A stretch of 64,000 bases of DNA from an uncultured Alphaproteobacteria bacterium (GCA_944392185.1 CALXVW010000051.1:610-64609), one strand, 5' to 3'; positions 18,890 to 29,740 are shown, numbered from the stretch's first letter. A program made the numbers and translations. Notes: generated by a model not told the origin, from the letters alone.

Positions 18890-20578
18890 ATGCCAAAAAC
18901 AGGTTTAAAAACTTTTGTTTACAGCTTTTCCGTATCCTTGTTCGCTATTTTTGCCGCTAACGGGGTATATTGGCATGACCGCCCTTCTAAAACTTCTGAT
19001 CTTAAAATTTCCAGCAAAAATATCACGCTTTTCTTAAAAGATGCGGCAAACAACCCCTCTCATAATGTCGCACCCGTAAAGAAAATCGCACTCAGTGTAC
19101 TGCCTGAACTAAAACACGGCAGCCCTTCTGCCGTTCCTGAAGATGAAATTATTATGGCTGATGACTTTGATCTGCCGGAAATTCCGCTGGAGCTTTCACT
19201 CCCCTCTTTAGAATCTCCTTTGCAAGAAAAAAAAGATGTCAAACTTGCTGAAAATGCTGCCCCTAAACCTACATTAATAAGACAGGAAACTCAGGAGCCG
19301 CCACAGCCGGATAAAATCGTTATTCCTCTTGAGGCTCCTCAATCCAAAGGTCTTGTCCGCCCCAAAAAAGCCGAAGAATTTTCTGCTCCGGAATCTTTGC
19401 TCATAAGCGAGCACCCCTCTAAAGAAAAGCAAAAATTTCCGAATCTTTTGTTGGCTACGAATGAGGCCTTTCAAAATGAAACACCGTCTGATACCTTTGC
19501 TGCTGCCTTAAAAGATGAAGATGCCGACCTTTTGCTTCCTCTCGAAAAGAGCGGCGACAATAAACCATCGTCAAAAAATATTATCAAAGTGGCCGCAGAC
19601 AATGCCGTAAATCAAGTCGCTCTGGCAGATAAATCCATCCCTGTTCATAGTATGGAGAAAAATATATCCTCAAACGATCTTTCATTCTCAAAAGCTTCTT
19701 CCCCCTCGTGGGAAAGTATGGCTGACAGCAAAACAACAGATTCCCCTTGGCTTGTTGCAAAAGCTGACGGCGCTCTAAAAAACCAAAAAATTTCAGAAGA
19801 AGCATTCTACCAACAAGATGCCGCAAACATTAAAGGCGCTCTTAGCCCCAATACCCCCTCCGGCAATGGGGTTAAGGTTGCGTCAGAAACCGTAAAAAAT
19901 CTTCTTATTCCCATTCCGGAAGATATTTTAAATGATGAGAACCTAACTCCTCAACTATCTTACACCCCAAAAGAAACAAGCGGAAAAGAAGATGCCCCTA
20001 AAGATACAACCGCCGATGCTTCTTCTTTATCATCACCAACTCCGACAACGCCTGCAGCCTCATCGACAGAGACTAAAACTACCTCCGACGAGCAAAAAAA
20101 CAAATTGCTTGCATCTCTTGATGCTATTTTTAGTGCAAGTTCAATCAAAAATAAAACCCCTCCAAAAGAAGAAAAAAAGAATCTTCTCAGCAGTGTACGA
20201 AAAAAAATACAAAAACGCAGCAGTGTCGGCAAAATTATGCCTACCGAGATGAGGCTTTCTTTTCAACCAAACCGCGCCGAAATATCCGGACAAACTTTGC
20301 GCTGGATACAGGCCTTTGCCACCAAAGCGGCTGAAAATAACAATATGACCATTGAAATAAGAATTGATGGCACCAGCGCCATGGATCTTCAACAAAAAAG
20401 ACTTAATCTCTTACATAATATATTGACCGATAAAGGTGTCGAATACAGCAAAATAAATACTGTATTCACTCAACGAGAACCAAACTCGTTTATTATTAAA
20501 ACCATTACCCACAATAACCAGAAAGGAGCCAACGGAAATTTAAATAAAGCGTCTAACGGATATTACATCCAATGGTAA
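18890..20578 (+). CDS. 562-aa membrane-anchored/secreted protein with Pro/Ser/Glu-rich linker and conserved C-terminal globular domain; first gene of pilus operon
   Basis: The ATG at 18890 follows an AGAGGGG RBS (the ORF track starts at an upstream TTG). N-terminus MPKTGLKTFVYSFSVSLFAIFAANG is a signal/anchor. Long low-complexity middle. The C-terminal about 110 aa is globular (possibly a peptidoglycan-binding-like fold, uncertain). Confidence 0.45.
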   Translation: MPKTGLKTFVYSFSVSLFAIFAANGVYWHDRPSKTSDLKISSKNITLFLKDAANNPSHNVAPVKKIALSVLPELKHGSPSAVPEDEIIMADDFDLPEIPLELSLPSLESPLQEKKDVKLAENAAPKPTLIRQETQEPPQPDKIVIPLEAPQSKGLVRPKKAEEFSAPESLLISEHPSKEKQKFPNLLLATNEAFQNETPSDTFAAALKDEDADLLLPLEKSGDNKPSSKNIIKVAADNAVNQVALADKSIPVHSMEKNISSNDLSFSKASSPSWESMADSKTTDSPWLVAKADGALKNQKISEEAFYQQDAANIKGALSPNTPSGNGVKVASETVKNLLIPIPEDILNDENLTPQLSYTPKETSGKEDAPKDTTADASSLSSPTPTTPAASSTETKTTSDEQKNKLLASLDAIFSASSIKNKTPPKEEKKNLLSSVRKKIQKRSSVGKIMPTEMRLSFQPNRAEISGQTLRWIQAFATKAAENNNMTIEIRIDGTSAMDLQQKRLNLLHNILTDKGVEYSKINTVFTQREPNSFIIKTITHNNQKGANGNLNKASNGYYIQW

Positions 20579-20635
20579 TAAGTCTTGAGAGGCGCTTGAT
20601 TATTTATTTTTCAGTATGTATGATAGGAAAAAAAT

Positions 20636-21376
20636 ATGACAAATTCTAATCCGAGGATAGCAAAAATGAACCAAACTTTACGGCACGGCGCGTCTGCGCT
20701 AATGATCTTTCTTATAACAGGGTGCAGCCATTGGGATCTGTTTGGCGCCGGAAACACTTATGTCGAAGATACACCGACAGCCGTAAGCTCCTCTGCCACA
20801 CAAATGCCCGCATCTGCGGCTCCTGTTATGACTGTGGAAACTCAAACGGAGGCTCTTATTGTTCCTCCTGAACAGAATAATGATAGTGATTTTATTAATT
20901 ATCGACAATCTGCGGCAGATTATCGTGAGTTTGGTGAGCGCGCTCCAAGAGATCAAGATATCGTTACTTCCGGAGCCGGAAGTAATATGGCGGCGTCTAT
21001 CCCTCCAACCATTGAGGAAGAAGTAACAGACTACGAAGAAGAAATTAATGCGGCGATTGAAGAAAATTCAGACAGCAGCCAGTCGCAACAATCTGTTGGC
21101 GAAGACCCCGTAGAAGATTGGCTGGCTGAAGAAGGTAGTACGCTTAAAGGCCTGTTGACCGATTGGAGTGAAAGAGCCGGCTGGAGATTGATTTGGAACA
21201 GTAACCGCAATTACACTTTAGCCGCAGGCGCAATGTTTAGAGGGCGTTTTGCCGATGTGAGCTCTGCTTTAATCAGAACCTTTGCCAGAGCAAAACCTGC
21301 TCCGGTGGCAACTTTTTATAAAGGAAACAGAGTCTTAGTTGTTGAGACCATGGAGGATGAGAATGCATATAACTAA
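20636..21376 (+). CDS. pilL: PilL-like lipoprotein with TcpQ-type C-terminal domain (type IVb pilus biogenesis)
   Basis: Lipobox LITGC. C-terminal motif WSERAGWRLIWNSNRNYTLAAGAMFRGRF...ATFYKGNRVLVV resembles the TcpQ/PilL domain of R64 and PAPI-1 thin-pilus systems. Position immediately before the secretin gene, as in pilL-pilN. Confidence 0.55.
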   Translation: MTNSNPRIAKMNQTLRHGASALMIFLITGCSHWDLFGAGNTYVEDTPTAVSSSATQMPASAAPVMTVETQTEALIVPPEQNNDSDFINYRQSAADYREFGERAPRDQDIVTSGAGSNMAASIPPTIEEEVTDYEEEINAAIEENSDSSQSQQSVGEDPVEDWLAEEGSTLKGLLTDWSERAGWRLIWNSNRNYTLAAGAMFRGRFADVSSALIRTFARAKPAPVATFYKGNRVLVVETMEDENAYN

Positions 21377-22964
21377 TTGGAAAAAACTTGGATTTGGAAT
21401 GTTGGCGGCAGCATTCGCAGCCTCTTGTTCTATATCTACAAATTTAGATGCAACAATTGATCGTGAAGTAGAAGCCGCGACAAAACTTAAAGAGGCCGCT
21501 AAGGCACCTACTCCTTTGGCAAATCAAGACCTGATTAAGGTTAAGGATGAAATTTGGCTTGGTAATACGAGCGAAATTGAATATGAAGGAGAACCCTTGC
21601 CCGCTTATCTTGAGGGAAAAAACGGTATTACTTTGGTCAGCAATCGGCCGATTACTTTGTTTGAAATCGGAGATATGATCAACAAAACAACGTCTTTGGG
21701 CGTTCGTTATGCGCCACAGCTTGAGACAGATGTTAAATCTAAGGGCGCAGCAAACAAACCAACGGCAGAAGCTATTAATACCGACTGGGCAGAGCCTGAT
21801 AAAATGCTGGTTTCTTACCAGGGGCCTTTAAGCGGGCTGCTGGATGAAATTGCCTCTCGTTTCGGAATTTGGTGGAGATATGAAAAGAAAGAAATTCATT
21901 TCTATAAATTTATTACCAAGACTTTTGTCGTCTATAGCTTACCGACAAAACCGAATTTGACGGTTACTGTCGGCGGAAGCCAAAGCGGAAGCGGCGGAAG
22001 CTCTTCTGTGAACTTGAATAACTCCGCAGAAGTTGAGCTTTGGGGCAATTTTGAGAAGAGCATTACCTCTATGATCAGTGATGGTGCTAAACTTACAATG
22101 TCTCCGGCAGACGGGACCATAACTTTAACGGCAACACCTAATGATATCAAAAAAGTCGCAAAATACATCAATGAACAAAATGCTCGCTTGTCAAGACAGG
22201 TTGCTATTAGTGTTAAAGTGTTACAGGTAACCATCTCAGATACCGATAATTACGGCCTAGACTTGAGCGCTACTTTTAAAGACGGGGTTACTTCTATAGG
22301 TGTAACTGGATCAACAAGCATCAGTTCTGCTGAATCTGTCGGCAATACCTTGAGCTGGGGAATCCTAAACAAGCCCTGGACTGCAGATGCGGCGGTTAAA
22401 GCCTTGTCTCAACGGAATAATACCAGCTTGGTGACCAGCGGTACTGTTACCACGCTTAATAATAAACCCGCTCCAATTCAGGTTACTCAAAAGCAAAACT
22501 ACATTGCTGAAATGACAAAAACAAATAGCGGAACAACAGGTGACAACTACGATATTTCCGTTACGACGGAAGAAGTTGAAACCGGATTTACTCTCGATGT
22601 TTTGCCAAGAATCCTTGAACACGGCAGAATGCTCGTGATGTTCAACATGACACTGTCTGACCTTGTTTCTCTTGATAAGGTTGAGTTTGGCGCCGAAGAT
22701 GAAAACCAATATATTCAGAACCCGCATATTGAATCTAGAGCCTTTACTCAAGAGGTGGCTATGACTTCAGGAGAATCTCTTATCTTGACCGGATATGAAA
22801 GAGTTAATAATTCTACAACCAAAGAAGGAACAGGATCTGCTGAAAATTCTTTACTCGGCGGCGTTGCTAACGCTGAAAAAGAACGCAGTGTTTTAGTTAT
22901 CATTCTCACTCCGGTAGTGCTAGAAACACCTTTATCCCCGGAATCTAGAATGTCTATGAATTAA
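21363..22964 (+). CDS. pilN: PilN-like lipoprotein secretin (type IVb pilus outer-membrane channel)
   Basis: Start MHITNWKKLGFGMLAAAFAASC carries lipobox AASC. The C-terminal secretin domain (VKVLQVTISDTDNYGLDLS...ERSVLVIILTPVVLE) is the conserved secretin C-terminal pattern. Overlaps the pilL stop. Confidence 0.7.
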   Translation: MHITNWKKLGFGMLAAAFAASCSISTNLDATIDREVEAATKLKEAAKAPTPLANQDLIKVKDEIWLGNTSEIEYEGEPLPAYLEGKNGITLVSNRPITLFEIGDMINKTTSLGVRYAPQLETDVKSKGAANKPTAEAINTDWAEPDKMLVSYQGPLSGLLDEIASRFGIWWRYEKKEIHFYKFITKTFVVYSLPTKPNLTVTVGGSQSGSGGSSSVNLNNSAEVELWGNFEKSITSMISDGAKLTMSPADGTITLTATPNDIKKVAKYINEQNARLSRQVAISVKVLQVTISDTDNYGLDLSATFKDGVTSIGVTGSTSISSAESVGNTLSWGILNKPWTADAAVKALSQRNNTSLVTSGTVTTLNNKPAPIQVTQKQNYIAEMTKTNSGTTGDNYDISVTTEEVETGFTLDVLPRILEHGRMLVMFNMTLSDLVSLDKVEFGAEDENQYIQNPHIESRAFTQEVAMTSGESLILTGYERVNNSTTKEGTGSAENSLLGGVANAEKERSVLVIILTPVVLETPLSPESRMSMN

Positions 22965-22983
22965 TTCACTAAGGAGAAAACTG

Positions 22984-24261
22984 GTGCTGGAAGAAGCCAA
23001 ACTGCTTGATGATGATATTGAAAAAACCTCAGCAAAAAGAACCTGGGGAACATCAATTACGGTTGATGGCATGACTTATGCCACCAGTTTATTCTGGCAA
23101 CCTCTACAAAATACCAGCGATCCGTTCCAAGAAGTGGAAGAAGCTTCCGCCGGCGTATTGGAAGGCGCTGATTTATTCTGTATTAAAGGCGGAAAAGCTC
23201 CTCAATTTGGTATTTGCGTTTCTCATGAAGGATATAAAAACGGAGAAACCGTCGGTGCCGTGGCCCTGGCAACTGCTTTGTCCGATGTGGGATCTTATGT
23301 CGCTGTATTCAAAACCCAAGAAGGATGGTGGTACGTTTGTATTCGAAACGATATTATCCTTTCTGACGGCGACATGCTTTTCTTGAGTGAAGACGAAGCC
23401 AAAGAGCAGTTTATGTCTATGCTCGCCGTGCCTGATTGGGGGAAGAAAATTGCCCCTAAAGAATGGGCTATTGAAGAAACGGAGGAATTGGACCTTGGCG
23501 ATTTGCTTATGCGAGGGGCTAAATCTAAACTCCAAAAGATTAAAGCGTTGCGCGGCACGAAGCTTTTCATGGTTATTGCTATTTCTGCTGTGGTTGGAAT
23601 TTGGTTGTTATCCAGCCTAATTGACACTATCTTCTTAACCCCTACAGTCAGGCCCGTTGTTGTTCCCGTTAAGCCTAAAGCTATTCAAAAGGCGGAACCG
23701 ATCGTCGAAATTAAACCATGGGAAAAGGTTCCTAATGCAAAAGAAGTTATGAAAAATTGTTATGACGGAATTGTGGCATTAAATAAAATCCTGCCCCCAG
23801 GATGGGATATCGGAACAATTTCCTGTTCCAACGGAAGTGCTGCAACTACTTGGAAAAGAAGTGTGGGACAAATTGCTTGGGCTCAAAAAGCTCTTGATGA
23901 TTCAGGGCTGCACTTTTCCGGAAGAAGCTTTTCTTCTAAAGGAGATGACCTTTCGGCTACTTTATCTTTACCAAAGGCTGAAGAGCTTCTGAACCCGCCT
24001 CAAAAAAATCTACTTGATTTGCAAGATGACATCAATAACACCTTTCAATCAATCGGGGTTAATATTGCTTTGTCTATCGGAGCGGCAAAATCTTCTACCG
24101 GAGTAAATTATCGAACCCTTCAGTTTTCTTTGAATTCTGAATATAATCCATTGACTTGGATCAATTTGTTAACAAAATATTCAGGACTTGATATTAAACT
24201 AATTTCATATTCGCCACAAACTAAGCTATGGCATTACGAGGGAGCTATCTATGTTTTATAA
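22984..24261 (+). CDS. PilO-like type IVb pilus assembly protein
   Basis: 425 aa. GTG start 8 nt after an AAGGAG RBS. One internal TM segment (LFMVIAISAVVGIWLLSSLI). Position between the secretin and PilP/PilQ matches pilO of R64-type clusters. No direct motif support. Confidence 0.35.
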   Translation: MLEEAKLLDDDIEKTSAKRTWGTSITVDGMTYATSLFWQPLQNTSDPFQEVEEASAGVLEGADLFCIKGGKAPQFGICVSHEGYKNGETVGAVALATALSDVGSYVAVFKTQEGWWYVCIRNDIILSDGDMLFLSEDEAKEQFMSMLAVPDWGKKIAPKEWAIEETEELDLGDLLMRGAKSKLQKIKALRGTKLFMVIAISAVVGIWLLSSLIDTIFLTPTVRPVVVPVKPKAIQKAEPIVEIKPWEKVPNAKEVMKNCYDGIVALNKILPPGWDIGTISCSNGSAATTWKRSVGQIAWAQKALDDSGLHFSGRSFSSKGDDLSATLSLPKAEELLNPPQKNLLDLQDDINNTFQSIGVNIALSIGAAKSSTGVNYRTLQFSLNSEYNPLTWINLLTKYSGLDIKLISYSPQTKLWHYEGAIYVL

Positions 24262-25576
24262 ATTAAAAAATATTTTAGGTGTGTCTGCGTTGACTCTGGT
24301 TGTTGCCGCCAGTTATAATCCTTTATATGCTCAGGGTGTGGTTACCCTTTCTGAAGAAGCAATGTTTGATGAGGAGAATAATAATACTTCTCCCAGTGTC
24401 CCGAATGATGCTCCTTTGTTTGGAAACGCGGCTCCTTCCGTTTCAGAATCTTCCATAACAACAGAAGCTCCCGCTTCTGCCGATAACACTCAAACACCTC
24501 CTGTTGAAGACATATCCTTGCCGGTTATGCCTGCGGAAATGCTTAATCAGCCAGGGGCAGGGGTCGGTTTGTTAGGAACAAATGATGCGGAGGAAATAGA
24601 TGATTCTGTTTTTGATCAAATGTCTGATATTGAAAAACAGACTGCCTTGCTTAATCTTGAATTGAGACGTGAAAAAGTAAAGAATGAAATCGAAGCTATA
24701 AAAAACCAAAGAAAACAAGCTATTCTTCAAGAAAAAGAAAAAGCCGAAGAAAAAGAAAGACGTAAAGTTGAATGGGAAAAAGAACAAGAACAAAAGGTTT
24801 TGCAGGAGCAGCAAAAACTTAGAGAGCTTGATATTCAGTTTGAAAAAGAAAGACAAGAACGCCTGTTAAATGCTTATAAAAATGATATGCTGGCCGCAAA
24901 TCAGGAGTGGATTGCTCATGAGGGCTCACTTTATAAACAGATAGAAAATTTAAAAGAGGAAAATAAATCTCTTCTAAATGATATGAAAACAAAATTAAAA
25001 GGCATTAAAACAAATGTTGAGCAGGCTTCTCAACAATCTTCAAAAGCCATCGCTGATTATCAAAAGGAAATTGACAATCTTCAAACACAGATTTCTGTAT
25101 TAAAAGCTCGTATAGATGCTCAAGAACGTGAAATCGAAAAAAGAAATCCTTTTGAAGAGCAAGCTCTCCAAGATGCCCAAAAGGCTGCAGAGCCAGAAGC
25201 CACTATTGAAGAAGCAATTATTCCCGAATTAAAATTGGCGAATATGTACGCGGTTATGGAAATCAGAGGCCAGGGCGGAGAGTTGATTGCTAAATTGATC
25301 AATCAAGACGGAACTCCTTTTTATGTTAAGGAAGGAACTGCTCTCCAAAGCGGACATACCGTAAGTGAAATTACATCAACTTATGTTTGCGCCGAAAAAG
25401 ACGGTATTAAAGATTATCTCTATTTTGCCGCCGGAGGCATATTGCCGTTAGAACAACCAAAATCGAACATCAAGCCTTCTTTGCCGGAAGGCACTGTTGA
25501 GCAACAAGAGGTTAAACCGGCTTTTGCAACCAGTGTTGGTGTTCCGGGGCTTGGAAAGTCTATGATTGCCAGGTAA
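24251..25576 (+). CDS. PilP-like periplasmic coiled-coil pilus assembly protein
   Basis: Signal peptide MFYKLKNILGVSALTLVVAASYNPLYAQG. Central Glu/Lys/Gln coiled-coil. Overlaps the upstream gene stop. Synteny only. Confidence 0.35.
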   Translation: MFYKLKNILGVSALTLVVAASYNPLYAQGVVTLSEEAMFDEENNNTSPSVPNDAPLFGNAAPSVSESSITTEAPASADNTQTPPVEDISLPVMPAEMLNQPGAGVGLLGTNDAEEIDDSVFDQMSDIEKQTALLNLELRREKVKNEIEAIKNQRKQAILQEKEKAEEKERRKVEWEKEQEQKVLQEQQKLRELDIQFEKERQERLLNAYKNDMLAANQEWIAHEGSLYKQIENLKEENKSLLNDMKTKLKGIKTNVEQASQQSSKAIADYQKEIDNLQTQISVLKARIDAQEREIEKRNPFEEQALQDAQKAAEPEATIEEAIIPELKLANMYAVMEIRGQGGELIAKLINQDGTPFYVKEGTALQSGHTVSEITSTYVCAEKDGIKDYLYFAAGGILPLEQPKSNIKPSLPEGTVEQQEVKPAFATSVGVPGLGKSMIAR

Positions 25577-25582
25577 TGTTCA

Positions 25583-27271
25583 ATGGCTGACGAGAATGAG
25601 CAAAAACTGAACGATGAAAAAGATGAAGCTTCAGCTCCCGAGAATGATGTTGAAGCTTTAAGCCCATCTGAAGAACAACTAAAGGCGGATTCTCAAAAAA
25701 AATCTTCTATCTCTGAAACATATTTTTCTAACGGCAACAGATTATTAACTTTGCCCGGCTCATCTTTAGTTATTAATGATGATACCCGTAGGCTGTTGGC
25801 TCTCTTTTCCGATGGTCGGTTTTTGGTTGTTGAAACCCATAAATTTGATGGACGAGTCCTGAGTTTTGAGGTTTTGGCAAGAAAAAAGAAGTTAAATATC
25901 TTAAAACCGACTTATGTTTCTCAAAATGAAATAAACGCAATTTACAGTATCGGTGAACGTGCTCAGGCCGCTGTCGATGTGAAGGAAGACAGCGAGCTTG
26001 ATCAGCTGCAGATGCAGAAAGACTTTGTCAATGTTATTGCTCGAGCTGCTGCTCAAAAAGTCTCCGATGTTCACGTTATTGTTGCTGATAGCACTCAGAT
26101 TATGTTCCGTATCAATGGTATGATGACAACTGAGATGGAATATAACAAAGACTGGGGAGAATCCTTTGTTCGCGCTGCTTTTGCCTCTGCCGATGTTTCT
26201 GATTCAAACTATGCTCAAAACGAATTCCAGGGTGCACAAAAGCTTGGTTCCACCCCTTTGCGCGGCTCCAAAGGTAAATTAATGTTGCCACACAATGTCT
26301 TGGCTATCCGCTTACAATTTAACCCTATTGCTTTTGGATCCCAATATCTGGTTATGCGCTTGCTTTATGCCGATGATAACCCCGATGGATCCGGTGATTT
26401 AGCAAGCCTTGGGTTTGGCGAATATGAAGAAAATTTGTTTTATCGTCTTCGTGCAGTACCTGTCGGACTTAGCATCATCGCCGGACCTACGGGATCTGGT
26501 AAATCTACTACCCTTCAACGTAATATGATCAGATTACTGCAAGAAAAAAATTATGAAATTAACCTAATTACCGTGGAAGACCCGCCAGAATATCCTATTC
26601 CGGGGGCAAGACAAATGCCCGTGACTAACGCCAACACCGAAGAAGAAAAAGATGAGCAGTTTACAAAAGCTTTGTCTGCGGCGTTGCGTTCTGACCCGGA
26701 TGTTATGATGGTTGGTGAGGTGCGCTCTCTTTCCGCTGCCCAATTAACTTTTAAAGGCGCTCTTTCCGGGCACGGAGTCTGGACAACCCTACACGCAAAC
26801 TCCGCTCCTGCCATTATTACGCGCTTGAGAGATATGGGCGTCGAAACATTTAAACTTCTTGATCCAGAATTGATGAAAGGGCTTATCTCTCAACGTTTGT
26901 TTAGAAAACTTTGTCCTCATTGCCGTATTTCGGTTAAAGAAAAATTAAATGAACTCTCGGTTCAGCGTCTTAAAGTGGCATTGGGGGATTTTGGTATTGA
27001 AAATACTTTTGTTCGTGGACAGGGATGTAAATATTGTAACAATACCGGAATTAAAGGAAGAATGAGTGTGCCGGAAATTATCTTGCCGGATGCTACGTTC
27101 CTTGAACTAATGATTAAAGGTGAAACCAGAAAAGCGATTGATTATTGGACCAGTGATTTGAACGGAAGAACACTGAAGGAAGCCGCTATCGAAAGAATGC
27201 TTAAAGGATTAATCGACCTTGACGAGGTTGAACGTTGGTGCGGACTTATGGATCAACGTCCTGTATACTAG
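25583..27271 (+). CDS. pilQ: PilQ/GspE-family pilus assembly ATPase
   Basis: Walker A AGPTGSGKSTT. Asp/His boxes (MVGEVRS, VWTTLHAN). Tetracysteine CPHC...CKYC, typical of GspE/PilB ATPases. Confidence 0.85.
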   Translation: MADENEQKLNDEKDEASAPENDVEALSPSEEQLKADSQKKSSISETYFSNGNRLLTLPGSSLVINDDTRRLLALFSDGRFLVVETHKFDGRVLSFEVLARKKKLNILKPTYVSQNEINAIYSIGERAQAAVDVKEDSELDQLQMQKDFVNVIARAAAQKVSDVHVIVADSTQIMFRINGMMTTEMEYNKDWGESFVRAAFASADVSDSNYAQNEFQGAQKLGSTPLRGSKGKLMLPHNVLAIRLQFNPIAFGSQYLVMRLLYADDNPDGSGDLASLGFGEYEENLFYRLRAVPVGLSIIAGPTGSGKSTTLQRNMIRLLQEKNYEINLITVEDPPEYPIPGARQMPVTNANTEEEKDEQFTKALSAALRSDPDVMMVGEVRSLSAAQLTFKGALSGHGVWTTLHANSAPAIITRLRDMGVETFKLLDPELMKGLISQRLFRKLCPHCRISVKEKLNELSVQRLKVALGDFGIENTFVRGQGCKYCNNTGIKGRMSVPEIILPDATFLELMIKGETRKAIDYWTSDLNGRTLKEAAIERMLKGLIDLDEVERWCGLMDQRPVY

Positions 27272-27282
27272 GGGAAATAATA

Positions 27283-28413
27283 ATGGCAGAAGATATTAAA
27301 AAGAAATCAAAATCTCTTCAAAAAGCTATGATGAAACTCAATATCATTGAGGAGTATTATGCCAAAATGATTATTCAATTTTCCAATAAAACAAGATTGA
27401 AACTTTATCGGAAAATTGCATCCTTGATGAAAAACCGCTTCTCGTTGATGGATGCCTTGGATATGCTCCATGATACGGCCAGCAACGGCGGAAGAAACCC
27501 CGGAGAGCCATTGGCCATCGCTATCGCTGCTTGGGGTAGAGCCTTAAATAACGGTAAAACTTTTTCTGATGCTCTAAAAGGATGGGCTCCGGCCAGAGAA
27601 AGGCTGATGCTCTCGGTTGGTGATGTTTCTGACCTCGAAAGCGCCCTTTTAAACTTAATCAAAGTAACTGAAGGTTCTACAAAAATGATCCGACCTATTG
27701 TCGGTGCTATTGCTTACCCAAGTTTCTTGGTTATGATGTCGGTTTTGATCATTTATGCTATCGGCGTTTATATGGTGCCGCCAATGATTGATGCCGCGCC
27801 TAATGTTGTTTGGAGAGGTATGGCCAGAGATTTGGTTAATCTTTCTGACTGGATTAAAGATAACTGGGCTATTGCTTTTGCTTCTCTGCCTGCTGTTATG
27901 GCTGTTATCTATTTTACTATCGGTATTTGGACCGGAAAAATCAGAGCTTATTTTGATGCGGTTCCCCCTTGGTCTTTATATAAAGTATTTACCGGTATCA
28001 GCTGGCTTTTGGCTCTTTCTGCTTTGGTAAAAGGCGGAACCCCTGTGTCAACGGCGATGCGTGCTCTTCGCAGAGATTCCAGCAGATATCTCAGAGAAAG
28101 AATTGATAAGACTTTGGTCTTTATTAATAATGGTGACAACTTAGGTCAAGCCCTTGACAAAACAGGATTAAATTTTCCAGATGTGGAAATTATCGGAGAT
28201 CTTAAAATCTATTCCGAGCTTGATAATTTTGAAGAAGCTCTTGATAATTTGGCTAACGATTGGCTGGAAGAATCTGTTTATATGATTGAAGAAAAGGCCG
28301 GCATCTTAAATATGGTTGCCTTACTCTCAATCGGCGCTGTTATTGCCTGGGCCGTTATGGGAACTTTTGAGATGCAAGATCAAATCACTAGCAGTATGGG
28401 AAGCGGAGCCTAA
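27283..28413 (+). CDS. pilR: PilR/GspF/PilC-family inner-membrane platform protein
   Basis: About 377 aa from the ATG after the pilQ stop. Polytopic (three hydrophobic stretches). Follows the GspE ATPase as in type IV pilus and T2SS operons. Confidence 0.6.
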   Translation: MAEDIKKKSKSLQKAMMKLNIIEEYYAKMIIQFSNKTRLKLYRKIASLMKNRFSLMDALDMLHDTASNGGRNPGEPLAIAIAAWGRALNNGKTFSDALKGWAPARERLMLSVGDVSDLESALLNLIKVTEGSTKMIRPIVGAIAYPSFLVMMSVLIIYAIGVYMVPPMIDAAPNVVWRGMARDLVNLSDWIKDNWAIAFASLPAVMAVIYFTIGIWTGKIRAYFDAVPPWSLYKVFTGISWLLALSALVKGGTPVSTAMRALRRDSSRYLRERIDKTLVFINNGDNLGQALDKTGLNFPDVEIIGDLKIYSELDNFEEALDNLANDWLEESVYMIEEKAGILNMVALLSIGAVIAWAVMGTFEMQDQITSSMGSGA

Positions 28414-28415
28414 TA

Positions 28416-29011
28416 TGACTACAAAAGAAAAACTTTTCACTATAAAAGATAATCTTATTCAACTTATTTTCTTGCATCATAAAATATTGATAAGTATCTT
28501 GGGCTTTTTCTTGCTTTGTTGGCTCTTTATTGCTTTCTTTTTTGCTCAAGAAAATTCCGGAACAACTGATGCTGCCCTAGAACTTGAACAATTGACCAGC
28601 AATATTCGCCGCTATTATCAAAACAGGCCTGATTATTGGGGGTTAAGTACTCAAATGGTGCTTGACAAAAACATTTACCCTCATAAAATGCTAAAAAATA
28701 ATCGTTTGATTGGGTATTTTGGTAATCCGATTTTGATTGGAAACGGTCCTGATGCGGATGTCTTGATGCCAGGAGCTCGTAATTTTGATATTATTTATAA
28801 AGAACTGAATGAAAAACAATGTATTGGATTGGCCGCTTTCAAATTCTCTCAAAAGTTTTGGTTGGGTGTTACTGGAATTTCCATAATTAATGATAAATAT
28901 AATCAATTCTTTACGTGGGATGACAAAGAAAATGGCTTGCCAATACAAAAGAATACGGCTAAAAATATTTGTAAAGGAAATAATACGATAATTTGGCATT
29001 ATGAACAATAA
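28416..29011 (+). CDS. Membrane-anchored periplasmic protein of pilus operon (minor-pilin or assembly factor-like; unknown)
   Basis: The ATG 3 nt after the pilR stop gives MTTKEKLFTIKDNLIQLIFLHHKILISILGFFLLCWLFIAFFFAQ: a single N-terminal TM helix followed by a soluble domain. Lacks a clear prepilin G/E motif. Confidence 0.35.
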
Positions 29012-29126
29012 AGTTATGACTTTGGTTATATCCTTTCGTACTTTTTATGACTAAGGATAAGATTGTTCATAATTTATTAATTTGTTATAGTTAAACTATA
29101 AACAAAGTGAATCGAGGAGAGATACT

Positions 29127-29720
29127 ATGAATACTTTATATAAAAATGAGCAATCCGGGCGTTCAATGGTGGAAATGCTTGGTGTGCTCGCAATTATCGG
29201 GGTGCTTTCGATTGGTGGTATCTCCGGTTATTCTAAAGCTATGGCTAAATATCGTGTCAATAAAACCTTAGACCAAATTTCTATGCTGGTGATGAATATT
29301 CGTTCTTTGTTTTCTGCCAGTGTCGATTATGCTGATCTGAGTACTGATATCGCTATCCAAATGGGTATTATTCCTGGAGATATGAGAGATCCTGATAATA
29401 CGGCTGCTATTGTTAATGCTTATCAGGGATCTGTGTTCGTCGGAAATCCCGATAGTGATACTCGGCAATTTTATGTTCAGTATACTGGATTAACTCAAGA
29501 AGCTTGTGTTGCTTTGGCTACTGCCGACTGGGGTTCTCAGGCAGGTTCCGGATTGGTTTCTCTTGCTATCGGACCGGCTACCAATAAGAAAGATGAGGTG
29601 GAGTCATTTGCCGAAACAATTACCGTAGACCAAATGCCTGTTGGGCTCGCTACCGCGGCTTCTGCTTGCTCAAGCACCGTGGATTCCATCGGTAACGCAA
29701 TCCAATGGACTTACTATTAA
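29127..29720 (+). CDS. pilS: Type IVb prepilin (PilS-like major pilin)
   Basis: Leader MNTLYKNEQSG, then RSMVEMLGVLAIIGVLSIGGISGY. Glu at +5 after the predicted G|R cleavage and the hydrophobic alpha1 helix match the class III signal of type IV pilins. Followed by a strong terminator. Confidence 0.7.
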   Translation: MNTLYKNEQSGRSMVEMLGVLAIIGVLSIGGISGYSKAMAKYRVNKTLDQISMLVMNIRSLFSASVDYADLSTDIAIQMGIIPGDMRDPDNTAAIVNAYQGSVFVGNPDSDTRQFYVQYTGLTQEACVALATADWGSQAGSGLVSLAIGPATNKKDEVESFAETITVDQMPVGLATAASACSSTVDSIGNAIQWTYY

Positions 29721-29740
29721 TAAAAAAAACACTCTCTTTT

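Noticed and set aside
23078-23627. Overlapping small ORFs within the PilO-like gene (both strands)
   Set aside because: They are embedded in a longer, RBS-preceded ORF that fits operon spacing. No independent signals.
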